Shown: one piece after another, positions 39,937 through 48,176 of the stretch
Numbering within the stretch: the stretch's first letter is position 1
Layout of the letters: each line of letters opens with the position of its first letter
Assembly: GCA_023397215.1 (NCBI GenBank)
Contig: JAEWUG010000032.1
Location: 1,514 to 65,513 of the forward strand
DNA length: 64,000 nt
DNA from: Nanobdellota archaeon
GTDB lineage: Archaea > Nanobdellota > Nanobdellia > Pacearchaeales > GW2011-AR1
Reading direction: 5' to 3'
The notes under the pieces: model-generated
Database searches by the model: none
Told to the model about the DNA's origin: nothing
What the model saw: only the letters and a program-made list of their open reading frames with translations
Position numbers and translations under genes: made by a program

Positions 39937-40518
39937 TTATTTTTTCTTTTCTAATTTTTCTTTTTTAATTGGTAATTTCTTTGCTCTTTCTTTTTCTTGA
40001 GTAACCCATTCTAATTTTCCTAATCCAGGTTGTCTCATAGTAAGACCAATTTTAGGCTGTTCTCCCCTATAAGATATTGCAACAATTCTCGCAATACAAT
40101 TATCTCCTTTTAATAAAGATCTTTTACTTTCTTTTCCTGATAAAGTACCTGTATCTGAAAATGAAACAAAGTCATCCATTGTTTGAGAAATATGAATCAT
40201 TCCTTTAATAACTCCTAAATTGATAAAAGCACCAAAATTTGTGATTTCGTCTAAGGTTCCATAAACTACTTCTTGTAACTCTGGTCTAAAAACAATTATC
40301 TTGAATGTAGATTCATAATAAGCTGCACCGTCACCTGGAATAATTACGCCTTCTTTTACATCTAATACATCTAAAACTGCAACAGTTACTCCAATATCTT
40401 TATCTTGAAAACCAATATAAGATTCTTCTAATTGTTTTTTCACAGCTTCATCAGTATCTTCCCCAAATTTTTCAGGACTTACTCTAACATAGTCTGTTAC
40501 TAATAATTCATAGAACAT
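39937..40518 (-). CDS. rpoE: DNA-directed RNA polymerase subunit E' (Rpo7)
   Basis: N-terminal Rpb7-like domain plus a C-terminal S1 domain; conserved rpoE'-spt4-rps24e-rps27ae operon order. Confidence 0.8.
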   Translation of the reverse strand: MFYELLVTDYVRVSPEKFGEDTDEAVKKQLEESYIGFQDKDIGVTVAVLDVLDVKEGVIIPGDGAAYYESTFKIIVFRPELQEVVYGTLDEITNFGAFINLGVIKGMIHISQTMDDFVSFSDTGTLSGKESKRSLLKGDNCIARIVAISYRGEQPKIGLTMRQPGLGKLEWVTQEKERAKKLPIKKEKLEKKK

Positions 40519-40773
40519 AAACTATTGAAAAAAAATTAATTTATAAATCTTGCTATTAAAAACATTAAGACAAGTTTAATTAAAATAATTAAAGGAAAAA
40601 TTTATAAATTAATTTTTTCTGTTTATTTTGTAGAAAAAGTGACTTCACAATAAGAATTCATGATTATACACTTATCACAATCATATTCAGTTTAGAGTTT
40701 AATTAGTTAGACTTAATAAGAATCTAGTGACGAATTTTTTCTACAAATATTAACTAAATTAAAGGAGAAAAAC

Positions 40774-41913
40774 ATGGCAAAAATTAGTCCGTCGTCTATA
40801 AAATATTCTATAATTGCAGACTTTGTTGCAGATGGGCCTTTTCAAAAACCTGATGTAATTGGTGCAATTTTTGGTCAAACAGAAGGGTTATTAGGCTCTG
40901 ATATGGAATTAAGAGAATTACAAAAAAATGGAAAAATAGGTAGAGTAGATGTTGATTTAATCAGTGAAAATGGAAAAACTAAGGGAGAGATAATTATTCC
41001 AACAGCACTTGATAGAACAGAAACAACAATTATTGCAGCTTCAATTGAAACAATTGATAAAATTGGCCCAACTGATGCTAAAATTACTGTAAGAGAAATA
41101 GAAGATGTTAGAGGAAGTAAAAGAGATTATATCATGGAAAGAGCAAAACAACTTTTATCCAATATTAAAAATGAAGGTATGAATTCTCGTGAAATGGAAA
41201 CAGAATTAAGAGATTCTACTAGAACATCAAAAATTGTTTCTTATGGTGATGAAGGACTTGCAGCAGGACCTGAAGTTGAAAGTTCTAATGAAATTATAGT
41301 TGTTGAAGGAAGAGCAGATGTTGTTAATTTACTAAAAGCAGGAATTAATAATGTAATAGGCATGCAAGGAACAAAACTTCCAAAAACAATTGCAATATTA
41401 GGCAATGAGAAAGAATTAACTTTATTTGTTGACGGAGATAGAGGAGGAAAATTAATCATTGAAAATGTTTGTGCTAATGCAAGAGTAGCATATATAACTA
41501 GTGCTCCTGATGGAAAGGAAGTAGAAGAATTAACTAGCAAAGAAATTCTTCAAGCTTTAAGAAAAAAAGTAACTTATGAAGAATATTTTAAAAATTCAAA
41601 GAATACTTCTTCAAGTGAAGAAAATATCCAAAAAAGAGCAATAACTAATGAAGATAAAAAGAAAATTAGAGAATTTGAATCTGAAATTAAGGGAAAGAAT
41701 GTCTTAATATTAGATGAAAATTTAAATGTAATCAAGAATATTCCTATTTCAAGATTATCTTCAACTAGAACAAAAAATGCATTTATTTTGGTAACATCTA
41801 GTGTTACAATGAGTATAATTAATTTTGCAGAAGATCTTAATGCAAAAGCAATAGCAGCTAAAACATTTGGAAGAATACCTCAAAATACAAATCTTGAATT
41901 TATCTCAATTTAA
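40774..41913 (+). CDS. dnaG: Archaeal DnaG-like primase (Toprim; exosome-associated)
   Basis: PDVIGAIFGQTEGLLGSDMELRELQKNGKIGRV is the archaeal DnaG N-terminal signature; Toprim VVEGRADVVNL...DGDRGG. Confidence 0.85.
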   Translation: MAKISPSSIKYSIIADFVADGPFQKPDVIGAIFGQTEGLLGSDMELRELQKNGKIGRVDVDLISENGKTKGEIIIPTALDRTETTIIAASIETIDKIGPTDAKITVREIEDVRGSKRDYIMERAKQLLSNIKNEGMNSREMETELRDSTRTSKIVSYGDEGLAAGPEVESSNEIIVVEGRADVVNLLKAGINNVIGMQGTKLPKTIAILGNEKELTLFVDGDRGGKLIIENVCANARVAYITSAPDGKEVEELTSKEILQALRKKVTYEEYFKNSKNTSSSEENIQKRAITNEDKKKIREFESEIKGKNVLILDENLNVIKNIPISRLSSTRTKNAFILVTSSVTMSIINFAEDLNAKAIAAKTFGRIPQNTNLEFISI

Positions 41914-41961
41914 TTTTTTAGGAAATTTATTTTTTTATTTCCCTTTTTTTATTTTTTAGAA

Positions 41962-42126
41962 TTATTTCTTTCTTACAGGTCTAAAATCTTTACTAGAACA
42001 CTTTCTACATCTAGCTTTACCACTTAAAATTTTTAAGTTGTCTAATTTCATTTTATGTTTACAAACCTTACAGACTACTGCATTCTTGAATAATCTATTC
42101 TGTGCTGCAGGAATTTTTGATGCCAT
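41962..42126 (-). CDS. rpl40e: Ribosomal protein L40e (eL40)
   Basis: Unlisted 54-aa ORF MASKIPAAQNRLFKNAVVCKVCKHKMKLDNLKILSGKARCRKCSSKDFRPVRKK, a C4 zinc ribbon typical of eL40. Confidence 0.7.
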   Translation of the reverse strand: MASKIPAAQNRLFKNAVVCKVCKHKMKLDNLKILSGKARCRKCSSKDFRPVRKK

Positions 42127-42243
42127 ATTAATCTATTCAAATTAAGGTTTTTAAGTCTTATGATTATTTAATTATTAAAAATTTTATAAATAATTAAAAA
42201 TAGCAAACTTTAAAAATTAAATAAAACTTCGTGTTATTATATT

Positions 42244-42258
42244 GCTCTCGTAGTCTAG
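42244..42258 (+). repeat. 15-nt direct duplicate of the 5' end of tRNA-Glu (GCTCTCGTAGTCTAG), 43 nt upstream of the tRNA
   Basis: Exact copy of tRNA positions 1-15; candidate att-site remnant of integrase-mediated recombination. Confidence 0.5.
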
Positions 42259-42301
42259 AGTAACATTAAAATGTTTCACAAAAGACAACGAGTGTAAGAA
42301 T

Positions 42302-42374
42302 GCTCTCGTAGTCTAGTGGCCAAGGATGCTGCCCTTTCACGGCAGTGACCCGGGTTCAAATCCCGGCGGGAGCA
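42302..42374 (+). tRNA. tRNA-Glu (anticodon UUC)
   Basis: Acceptor GCTCTCG/CGGGAGC, anticodon stem CTGCC/GGCAG with loop CTTTCAC (U33, UUC, A37), T-arm CCGGG-TTCAAAT-CCCGG, discriminator A; no CCA is encoded. Confidence 0.85.
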
Positions 42375-42589
42375 TATAGCATTCTGAGCATTTCTTGGAA
42401 CAAAAAATTTATTTTTATCGACGCTGAACATAAAAATATATCAAAAAGACACTACGATAAAATAACATAGAAAATGTTGTACAAAATTAGACAACTTTTG
42501 ATTTTTGATTATATTTATAATCGGATTATTTGTGTCACAAGTAGGTGGTCGACAAGATATATATATGTCCATCCAGCACACAACACACG

Positions 42590-43765
42590 ATGGCGAAACT
42601 AGATCCATATAATACAAAAGAATCATTTATGAAATGGAAAAATAAAGTTCATGAATTAGGGAAAATTCCGGACTTATCTCAAGAAAATTCTGAGCTTGTT
42701 TTAAGGTATTTAAGTGATATGGAATTAGGGATAAATACCTCATTAAATAGTAAAAAGGGTTCTAGAAGTTACATTAGACTAAATGCTGTTAGAATTAGAT
42801 TGATATTTTTATTAAAGAAATTTCAAGGATATTACAATTTAGATAATATAATTACTATCACAGAAACTCAATTATGTTCATTCTTTGTAGATATGCGTAA
42901 CGGCGTAATAAGACGACTTGACGGGCGTGAATATCGGGCAATAAGGGACTTTGTTAAAATATTTAAGGCATTCTGGCACTGGTGGATGCTTGTATCAAGA
43001 AAGGTAGGAAAAGATGTTCCAGATATAACTCTTTATATAGATTCTTCAGGAGAGAAACCAAGATGGGTTTACTTAAATGAGGAACAAATCAAAAAATTAT
43101 GTGATAATCTTACATTCAAATATAGAGTTCTTGCAATGTTTTTATTTGATACTGGAATTAGAGCTCCAACTGAATTAATGAATATAAAAAAATCGGATTT
43201 TTCGCAAGATTATAAAGAATTAAACATAAGGGATGAAATAAGCAAAACTTTTGGTAGAAGAATAAAATTAATGCTATCTTCAGATTTAATTAAGCGGTAT
43301 ATTGAAGATTTTCAAATAAAGGATGACGATTATTTATTTACGACTTTGCCTTGTAATGTAAATCGTTACTTGAAGAATAATGCTAGAAAAATATTAGGAG
43401 AAGGATTGAGTCTAGCTGGTCAAAGATATTCCGAGCTTACAATGTATGATTTTAGGCATTGTTCATGTTGTTATTGGTTACCTAGATATAAATCTGAGTC
43501 TGCATTAAAGTATAGATTTGGCTGGAAGAAATCTGACAAGATACACTATTACTCTGAATTATTAGGAATGAGAGATACAATAAGTGAAGATGATTTACTT
43601 ACTCCAGATGTAAAAACAGAAGTAGAAAAAGAACTTGTTGAAACAAAAAATGAAAATTCATTACTAAAAGAAGAATTAATAGCATTACAAGAACAAATGA
43701 AAGAGATATTTAGTCAAGTAACTAAATTATCAAATAATTCTTCAATATCCTTAATGTCTAAATAA
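42590..43765 (+). CDS. int: Tyrosine recombinase/integrase (intact; element integrated next to tRNA-Glu)
   Basis: LFDTGIRAPTELMNIKKSDF (box I Arg), YDFRHCSCCYWL (H-x-x-R) and GW...IHYYSEL (catalytic Tyr). Start moved to the internal Met (MAKLDPYN...) because a TATA-like ATATATATA sits 25-30 nt upstream at 42557-42566. The gene is noticeably GC-richer than its surroundings. Confidence 0.7.
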   Translation: MAKLDPYNTKESFMKWKNKVHELGKIPDLSQENSELVLRYLSDMELGINTSLNSKKGSRSYIRLNAVRIRLIFLLKKFQGYYNLDNIITITETQLCSFFVDMRNGVIRRLDGREYRAIRDFVKIFKAFWHWWMLVSRKVGKDVPDITLYIDSSGEKPRWVYLNEEQIKKLCDNLTFKYRVLAMFLFDTGIRAPTELMNIKKSDFSQDYKELNIRDEISKTFGRRIKLMLSSDLIKRYIEDFQIKDDDYLFTTLPCNVNRYLKNNARKILGEGLSLAGQRYSELTMYDFRHCSCCYWLPRYKSESALKYRFGWKKSDKIHYYSELLGMRDTISEDDLLTPDVKTEVEKELVETKNENSLLKEELIALQEQMKEIFSQVTKLSNNSSISLMSK

Positions 43766-45126
43766 ATTGCTTTCATTTCCTGCATTCTTTTAATAGCTTT
43801 TTCTGTAAATCCACTTTTTGATACAAAAATAAAATTATAACTTCCAGGATGATTAATATATTTCAATTTTTTTTCTAATTCTTCAATAACATCAATATTT
43901 AACGGTTTATTAGTCCATTTAACTTCTCCTACCAAAAAATTCTTTTCTTTTAAATTATATGCAAGAATATCTATTTCATTAGCTCTTCTGTCCCACCATG
44001 AGCCAATATTTTCGAAGTTTAATTTTAAACCTCTTAGCTCTTTTGTATTATAAAGAATAAGTAATTCTTTTACTATATTTTCAAAAATTCTCCCAACATA
44101 TCCATTCAAATCTTGTTTTATATATTCAGAAACTAGCTTAGTATTCCCTAAACTTAAGGCTGTTTGATTTGGAAGAATAAATTTGTACCAAAATTTAAAA
44201 AAATTATCTTTTATTTGATACCTCCCAAGTCTTTCTTTCCCTAATATTGGATCATTCCTTCCAACTAAATCAAGAAGGCTATCCAATTTGTTAAGATAGG
44301 CTGGCATCACTTGTGAATTTATATTTGTAATATCTTCTATCTCTTTCATTGTCTCTTTTCCAGAGGAAATAGCTCCTAAAATGGCATTATATTTTGCATG
44401 AACTCTAACATTCTCATATTCTAGTAAATTCTTAGGCTCTTCAAATAGTATAGCTCCTTTTTTTAATATTAAATCGAAGATTCTCTCATAAATATCTCCG
44501 TTACTTTTTTGAAATTTGTCTAAATAATCTGGAGTTCCACCAAAGACAGAATAAATAAGTATTTTTTCTTCTTCAGACATATTTTTAAACATTAATCTAA
44601 AATCTGAATATCTAAATGGGGAAATTTTTATTTTTTGTGCTCTTCCATAAAGAGCCCCATTCCTACTATCCAATATTTTTTGAATCATACCAATAGAAGA
44701 CCCCAAAAGAATAATCATAATTTTTTTATTCTTTAGTTTTGAATCCCATGCATTTTGTAGACTACTAATATATTCTGGAGCGATATTCGAGAATCTTTGA
44801 AATTCATCAATTGCTAAGACAAATTTTTCTTTATTTGCTTTTTCTCCAATATAGTCAAGAAATTCATAAAAGTCTTTAAAAATTATTTTATCTCCCAATT
44901 GCTCTTCAACCGCTTTAGATAAATAATTTAATATATCACTTTTTTGAGTAACTTCTACATAAAAATAAAATTGATTCTTTATTCCACTCAAAAATTGTTT
45001 AACTAACTCAGTTTTTCCAACTCTTCTTCTTCCATATAAGACTAACATATTAGAGGAGGATTCTGCATACTTTTCTCGTAAAAACTTCAATTCATTCTTT
45101 CTATCAAAAAATTCTTTTTCTGCCAT
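43714..45126 (-). CDS. Archaeal-type AAA ATPase (Arch_ATPase, PF01637-like) with C-terminal DUF234 (restriction-endonuclease-like) domain
   Basis: FFDRKNELKFL...LVLYGRRRVGKTELVKQFL Walker A region, Walker B LAIDEFQ, and a C-terminal ...EIDILAY...VGEVKW segment resembling PD-(D/E)xK. Its 3' end overlaps the integrase 3' end (convergent). Confidence 0.6.
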   Translation of the reverse strand: MAEKEFFDRKNELKFLREKYAESSSNMLVLYGRRRVGKTELVKQFLSGIKNQFYFYVEVTQKSDILNYLSKAVEEQLGDKIIFKDFYEFLDYIGEKANKEKFVLAIDEFQRFSNIAPEYISSLQNAWDSKLKNKKIMIILLGSSIGMIQKILDSRNGALYGRAQKIKISPFRYSDFRLMFKNMSEEEKILIYSVFGGTPDYLDKFQKSNGDIYERIFDLILKKGAILFEEPKNLLEYENVRVHAKYNAILGAISSGKETMKEIEDITNINSQVMPAYLNKLDSLLDLVGRNDPILGKERLGRYQIKDNFFKFWYKFILPNQTALSLGNTKLVSEYIKQDLNGYVGRIFENIVKELLILYNTKELRGLKLNFENIGSWWDRRANEIDILAYNLKEKNFLVGEVKWTNKPLNIDVIEELEKKLKYINHPGSYNFIFVSKSGFTEKAIKRMQEMKAIYLDIKDIEELFDNLVT

Positions 45127-45130
45127 TTAG

Positions 45131-45250
45131 TATTATCACAATAATGTTATAACATTATTATGATAATGTTACTATATAAATGTTTCTTTTTATTATTAAT
45201 GTAATGATTTATATTATTCCTTTACCTCAAATTACTAGTAATTTGAGATA
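45131..45250. promoter_or_regulatory. Two palindromic operator-like sites upstream of the Arch_ATPase gene
   Basis: A near-perfect 19-bp-arm inverted repeat, TATTATCACAATAATGTTAT/ATAACATTATTATGATAAT, lies between a TATA-like box and the start codon. A second perfect 11-bp-arm palindrome is CTCAAATTACT|AGTAATTTGAG at 45226-45247. Confidence 0.45.
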
Positions 45251-45531
45251 GTAGAAAAATTATTTTCTCAACATATCGATTCAATCTCGACAAAATTTAT
45301 AAAGTTTGGAAACAACATTCTTTTAGTTTATTTTATATTCGCTGTCTAATCGAAAGAAAAAATATTTTTGTCTTATGAGAAGACACATCAACGACCGATC
45401 CGGACGGAGCATGAGACCTTTTTGACATATCTTGGGGACAAACTTTAATTAAAAAATTAACTGAAAAAGAGTAGAAAATTTTTCAATCATTAACTTATAG
45501 CAAATATTCAGAACAAGAAATTTATTCTTTT

Positions 45532-46839
45532 TTAACAATGTTTATTCCTTGTTACAATTTTATTAAATAAACTATTCTTTGCATTTGTTTGAGAAGTTTT
45601 TGCATTTTTTGAATATAATAAAGCATATCCTTTATTTTTAGAATTATATAGAGAATGTTGATTATTTATTGAATTATTAACTGCATATTTATTATTTTTT
45701 GAGAAGAATAATGAATATTCACTATTTGTTGAATAACATAAAGAATAATCAGTATTTTGCGAAAAATCTAAAGAACATCCACTATTCTTAGAACGCATTA
45801 AAGATTTTCTATTATTTTTTGAACGAAATAATGTATGTTCTTTATTTTTTGAATCTTCTAATGAACGATCTGTATTCCTTGAATTAGATAAGGATTCTCC
45901 TGAATTATCTGAGTATTTCAATGATTTGCCTGAATTTAAAGAAGAACACAATGACTTGCCTGAATTCATTGAACCATATAAAGAATAATCAGTATTTATG
46001 GAATTAAATAATGATTCTTCTGAATTATTTGATTCTTCTAATGAATAATTAGAATTTATAGAATCACATAATGATTTTCCAGTATTTATTGATTTTTTTA
46101 GAGTAAAATTTCTATTTTCTGATGAAAGTAAAGAATCTTCTGTATTTACTGAATCCTCTAATGAATTTTCTGAATTATTTGAGTTATATAAAGAGTGTCC
46201 ACTATTATTAGATCTACAAAGAGAACAAGATGAATTATTAGAAGATAAAAATGATTTATCAGTATTTATGGAATTGTATAAAGAATATCCCCTATTTTTA
46301 GAACTACGAAAAGTAAAATTGCTATTTCTTGATTCTTCTAATGAATTTTCTACATTTGTTGAATTACTAAATGAATTTCCTTTATTATATGCTCTTTTAA
46401 ATGAATGTCCTTTATTTCGTGAACCAAAGAAAGAATTATCTGAATTTTGTGAACCAAAAAAAGAATTATCGTTATTCTCTGAAAATTTAAAAGATTCATC
46501 ATTATTCTCTGAAAATCTAAAAGAATTTCCATTATTCTTTGAAAACCACAATTGTCTTTGACTAAAAATTAATCCTTCTGTTGTACTATCAATTATAGCT
46601 CCAAGTCCTCCATATTTTAAACAATGAATATGAGAAATATCTTTTGTTATTAAAGCATAGGCAGATGCAGCTATACCTGAAAGATATTGATTTTCATGTA
46701 TAAAGAACCCACATAAATCTTTTGGTTTATCCTTATATGAATTTGCAATTATTCTTGTTAAATGTCTAACTCTATTTCCATTTTCATCTTGAACTGCTTG
46801 GTTTAGTAATTTTATTAATCGTTGAGTTTTTTCTTTCAT
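45532..46839 (-). CDS. Decapeptide tandem-repeat protein: about 110-aa N-terminal domain plus about 32 repeats of x-S-x-N-[ST]-x-x-S-[LF]-x
   Basis: Protein reads ...FSKNNGNSFR FSENNDESFK ... NSINTDYSLY GSMNSGKSLC SSLNSGKSLK ... with strict 10-residue periodicity. The DNA shows the matching 30-bp tandem periodicity across 45.6-46.55 kb. Confidence 0.55.
   Translation of the reverse strand: MKEKTQRLIKLLNQAVQDENGNRVRHLTRIIANSYKDKPKDLCGFFIHENQYLSGIAASAYALITKDISHIHCLKYGGLGAIIDSTTEGLIFSQRQLWFSKNNGNSFRFSENNDESFKFSENNDNSFFGSQNSDNSFFGSRNKGHSFKRAYNKGNSFSNSTNVENSLEESRNSNFTFRSSKNRGYSLYNSINTDKSFLSSNNSSCSLCRSNNSGHSLYNSNNSENSLEDSVNTEDSLLSSENRNFTLKKSINTGKSLCDSINSNYSLEESNNSEESLFNSINTDYSLYGSMNSGKSLCSSLNSGKSLKYSDNSGESLSNSRNTDRSLEDSKNKEHTLFRSKNNRKSLMRSKNSGCSLDFSQNTDYSLCYSTNSEYSLFFSKNNKYAVNNSINNQHSLYNSKNKGYALLYSKNAKTSQTNAKNSLFNKIVTRNKHC
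45640..46560. repeat. Approximately 30-bp imperfect tandem DNA repeat (coding; underlies the decapeptide-repeat protein)
   Basis: Units such as attattctctgaaaatttaaaagattcatc and attattctctgaaaatctaaaagaatttcc recur about 30 times; no unique spacers. Confidence 0.7.
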
Positions 46840-46946
46840 AAAGACATTTTAATTTAGACCTTTATAAATCTTAGTTATAGTCATTTAATAGTAATTAATT
46901 GGATTGTTTATTTAAAAATAAAAGAAGATTTATAAATTGAAATTAA

Positions 46947-47231
46947 ATGAATTTTATTGGTAAATACAATATGAACGAAAAATATAATGTAGAAATAATT
47001 TATTCAAAAGAAAGTCAATCAAATTTAGAAAAAACTATTTCTGAATTAAAATTTATCTCAGGAATACAACCTGAAATTAAAATAATATTAGATGAAAATT
47101 TAGAAAAATATAGTCTTATGTACAATAGCTTAGCTTATTATAAAGCATATGACATTTTTAATTATATTATGAGAGATGTTTTAACAAAAAAGAATGAAGT
47201 TCATTTTTTTATTAATCCATCAAAAGAATAA
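46947..47231 (+). CDS. Hypothetical protein
   Basis: 94-aa ORF with no motif; inside the putative island. Confidence 0.3.
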   Translation: MNFIGKYNMNEKYNVEIIYSKESQSNLEKTISELKFISGIQPEIKIILDENLEKYSLMYNSLAYYKAYDIFNYIMRDVLTKKNEVHFFINPSKE

Positions 47232-47507
47232 ATATTCTTTTTTAGGGATTTAGATTGAATAAATAATAAAGTAAAAAATAAATTATACAAATATTAATAA
47301 AGAAGTTGTACTTTTCTTTTTAATGTCACAGAGATATACTATAAGAAATAGACAATATAATTTGAAGAATCAGTCTATTAGACCTTCTTTAAAACAAGGA
47401 AACTTAGAAACAGGCTTAAGTTTAGGACAGGTTATTGAAGAATCCCCAATAACTTCATTTCAAGATGTATTGAGATGTCAATATTTTATTTATTCTAATA
47501 AAAATAA

Positions 47508-48140
47508 TTAACATAATCCTCTTTGGGATTGTTCTTTGAATATATCAAAAAAGAATAATTTTATCCAACCTAAAGAAGGAACTCTAAATATTGCTTTTCC
47601 TATTATTTGATTTTCATATATTTTTTTCTCATTTTCTAATTGATGATAATTTGTTATTGGGTTATCACCTTTTGTAGCATAAGGTTCTATATCATCTATA
47701 AGCCTATGAATAATCGGATGATTTGCTCCTCCTTCAAAAATAATAACATCACCTTTTTCTAAATTTTTTGGATTAATTGCTATAATAATATCTCCTTTAT
47801 TTAATCCATTCTTAAAGGGCCAATTTTTAGTATCTTCTAATGAAATATCTTCTTCAAAATAAATATTATTCAATATATTTTCAAAACCTTTATTCGGGTG
47901 ATACATAGAACAAGATTCTACAATTACTAGAGGTAATGAAGTTCCAGTAATAAAAGATAAAATAGGAAAAAGAATCAATTTAATAAAAATTGCAGCTAAT
48001 ATTAAAAATGCAATTGTTGACGGCCAAGAATCTTCTTTTAAAAAAGTAATTATTTTCTTTAAAATAATTTTTATATCCTCTTTTTTCATAAAATCAAGTA
48101 AAATAAATATCTTTATATAACTTATGTAAATTAAAACCAT
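47508..48140 (-). CDS. Signal peptidase I, archaeal/ER (Sec11) type
   Basis: N-terminal TM helix, then VIVESCSMYHP (Ser box), GDVIIFEGGANHPIIHRLID (His box) and TKGDNP (Asp box). The true start is probably the internal MKKEDIKII. Confidence 0.6.
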   Translation of the reverse strand: MVLIYISYIKIFILLDFMKKEDIKIILKKIITFLKEDSWPSTIAFLILAAIFIKLILFPILSFITGTSLPLVIVESCSMYHPNKGFENILNNIYFEEDISLEDTKNWPFKNGLNKGDIIIAINPKNLEKGDVIIFEGGANHPIIHRLIDDIEPYATKGDNPITNYHQLENEKKIYENQIIGKAIFRVPSLGWIKLFFFDIFKEQSQRGLC

Positions 48141-48176
48141 AAAAAAGTATATAAACTTGTTTTTTCTTTTTTAGTT

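Noticed and set aside
42259-42301. Possibility that tRNA-Glu contains an intron or that two tRNA genes are present
   Set aside because: The downstream copy (42302-42374) folds as a complete 73-nt cloverleaf on its own. The upstream 15-mer is only the 5' acceptor/D-arm fragment with no matching 3' half, so a duplicated att fragment is the simpler reading.
42545-42589. Upstream extension of the integrase ORF (MVDKIYICPSSTQHT)
   Set aside because: The extension is translated straight through the TATA-like ATATATATA element. The internal Met at 42590 is placed about 25-30 nt downstream of that box, as expected for a leaderless archaeal transcript.
45640-46560. 30-bp tandem repeat tract that could be mistaken for a CRISPR array
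   Set aside because: Units are contiguous with no unique spacers, the period is 30 nt rather than repeat plus spacer, and the tract is in frame as the decapeptide-repeat coding sequence.
46268-46561. Plus-strand 97-aa ORF and minus-strand 60-aa ORF (46350-46532) inside the repeat gene
   Set aside because: Open frames generated by the 30-bp periodicity in alternative frames of the same tract; the low-complexity translations mirror the repeat.
47323-47511. 62-aa ORF between the 94-aa hypothetical and the signal peptidase gene
   Set aside because: Short, Q/N/R-rich, no motif, and its 3' end overlaps the convergent signal-peptidase gene; probably non-coding.
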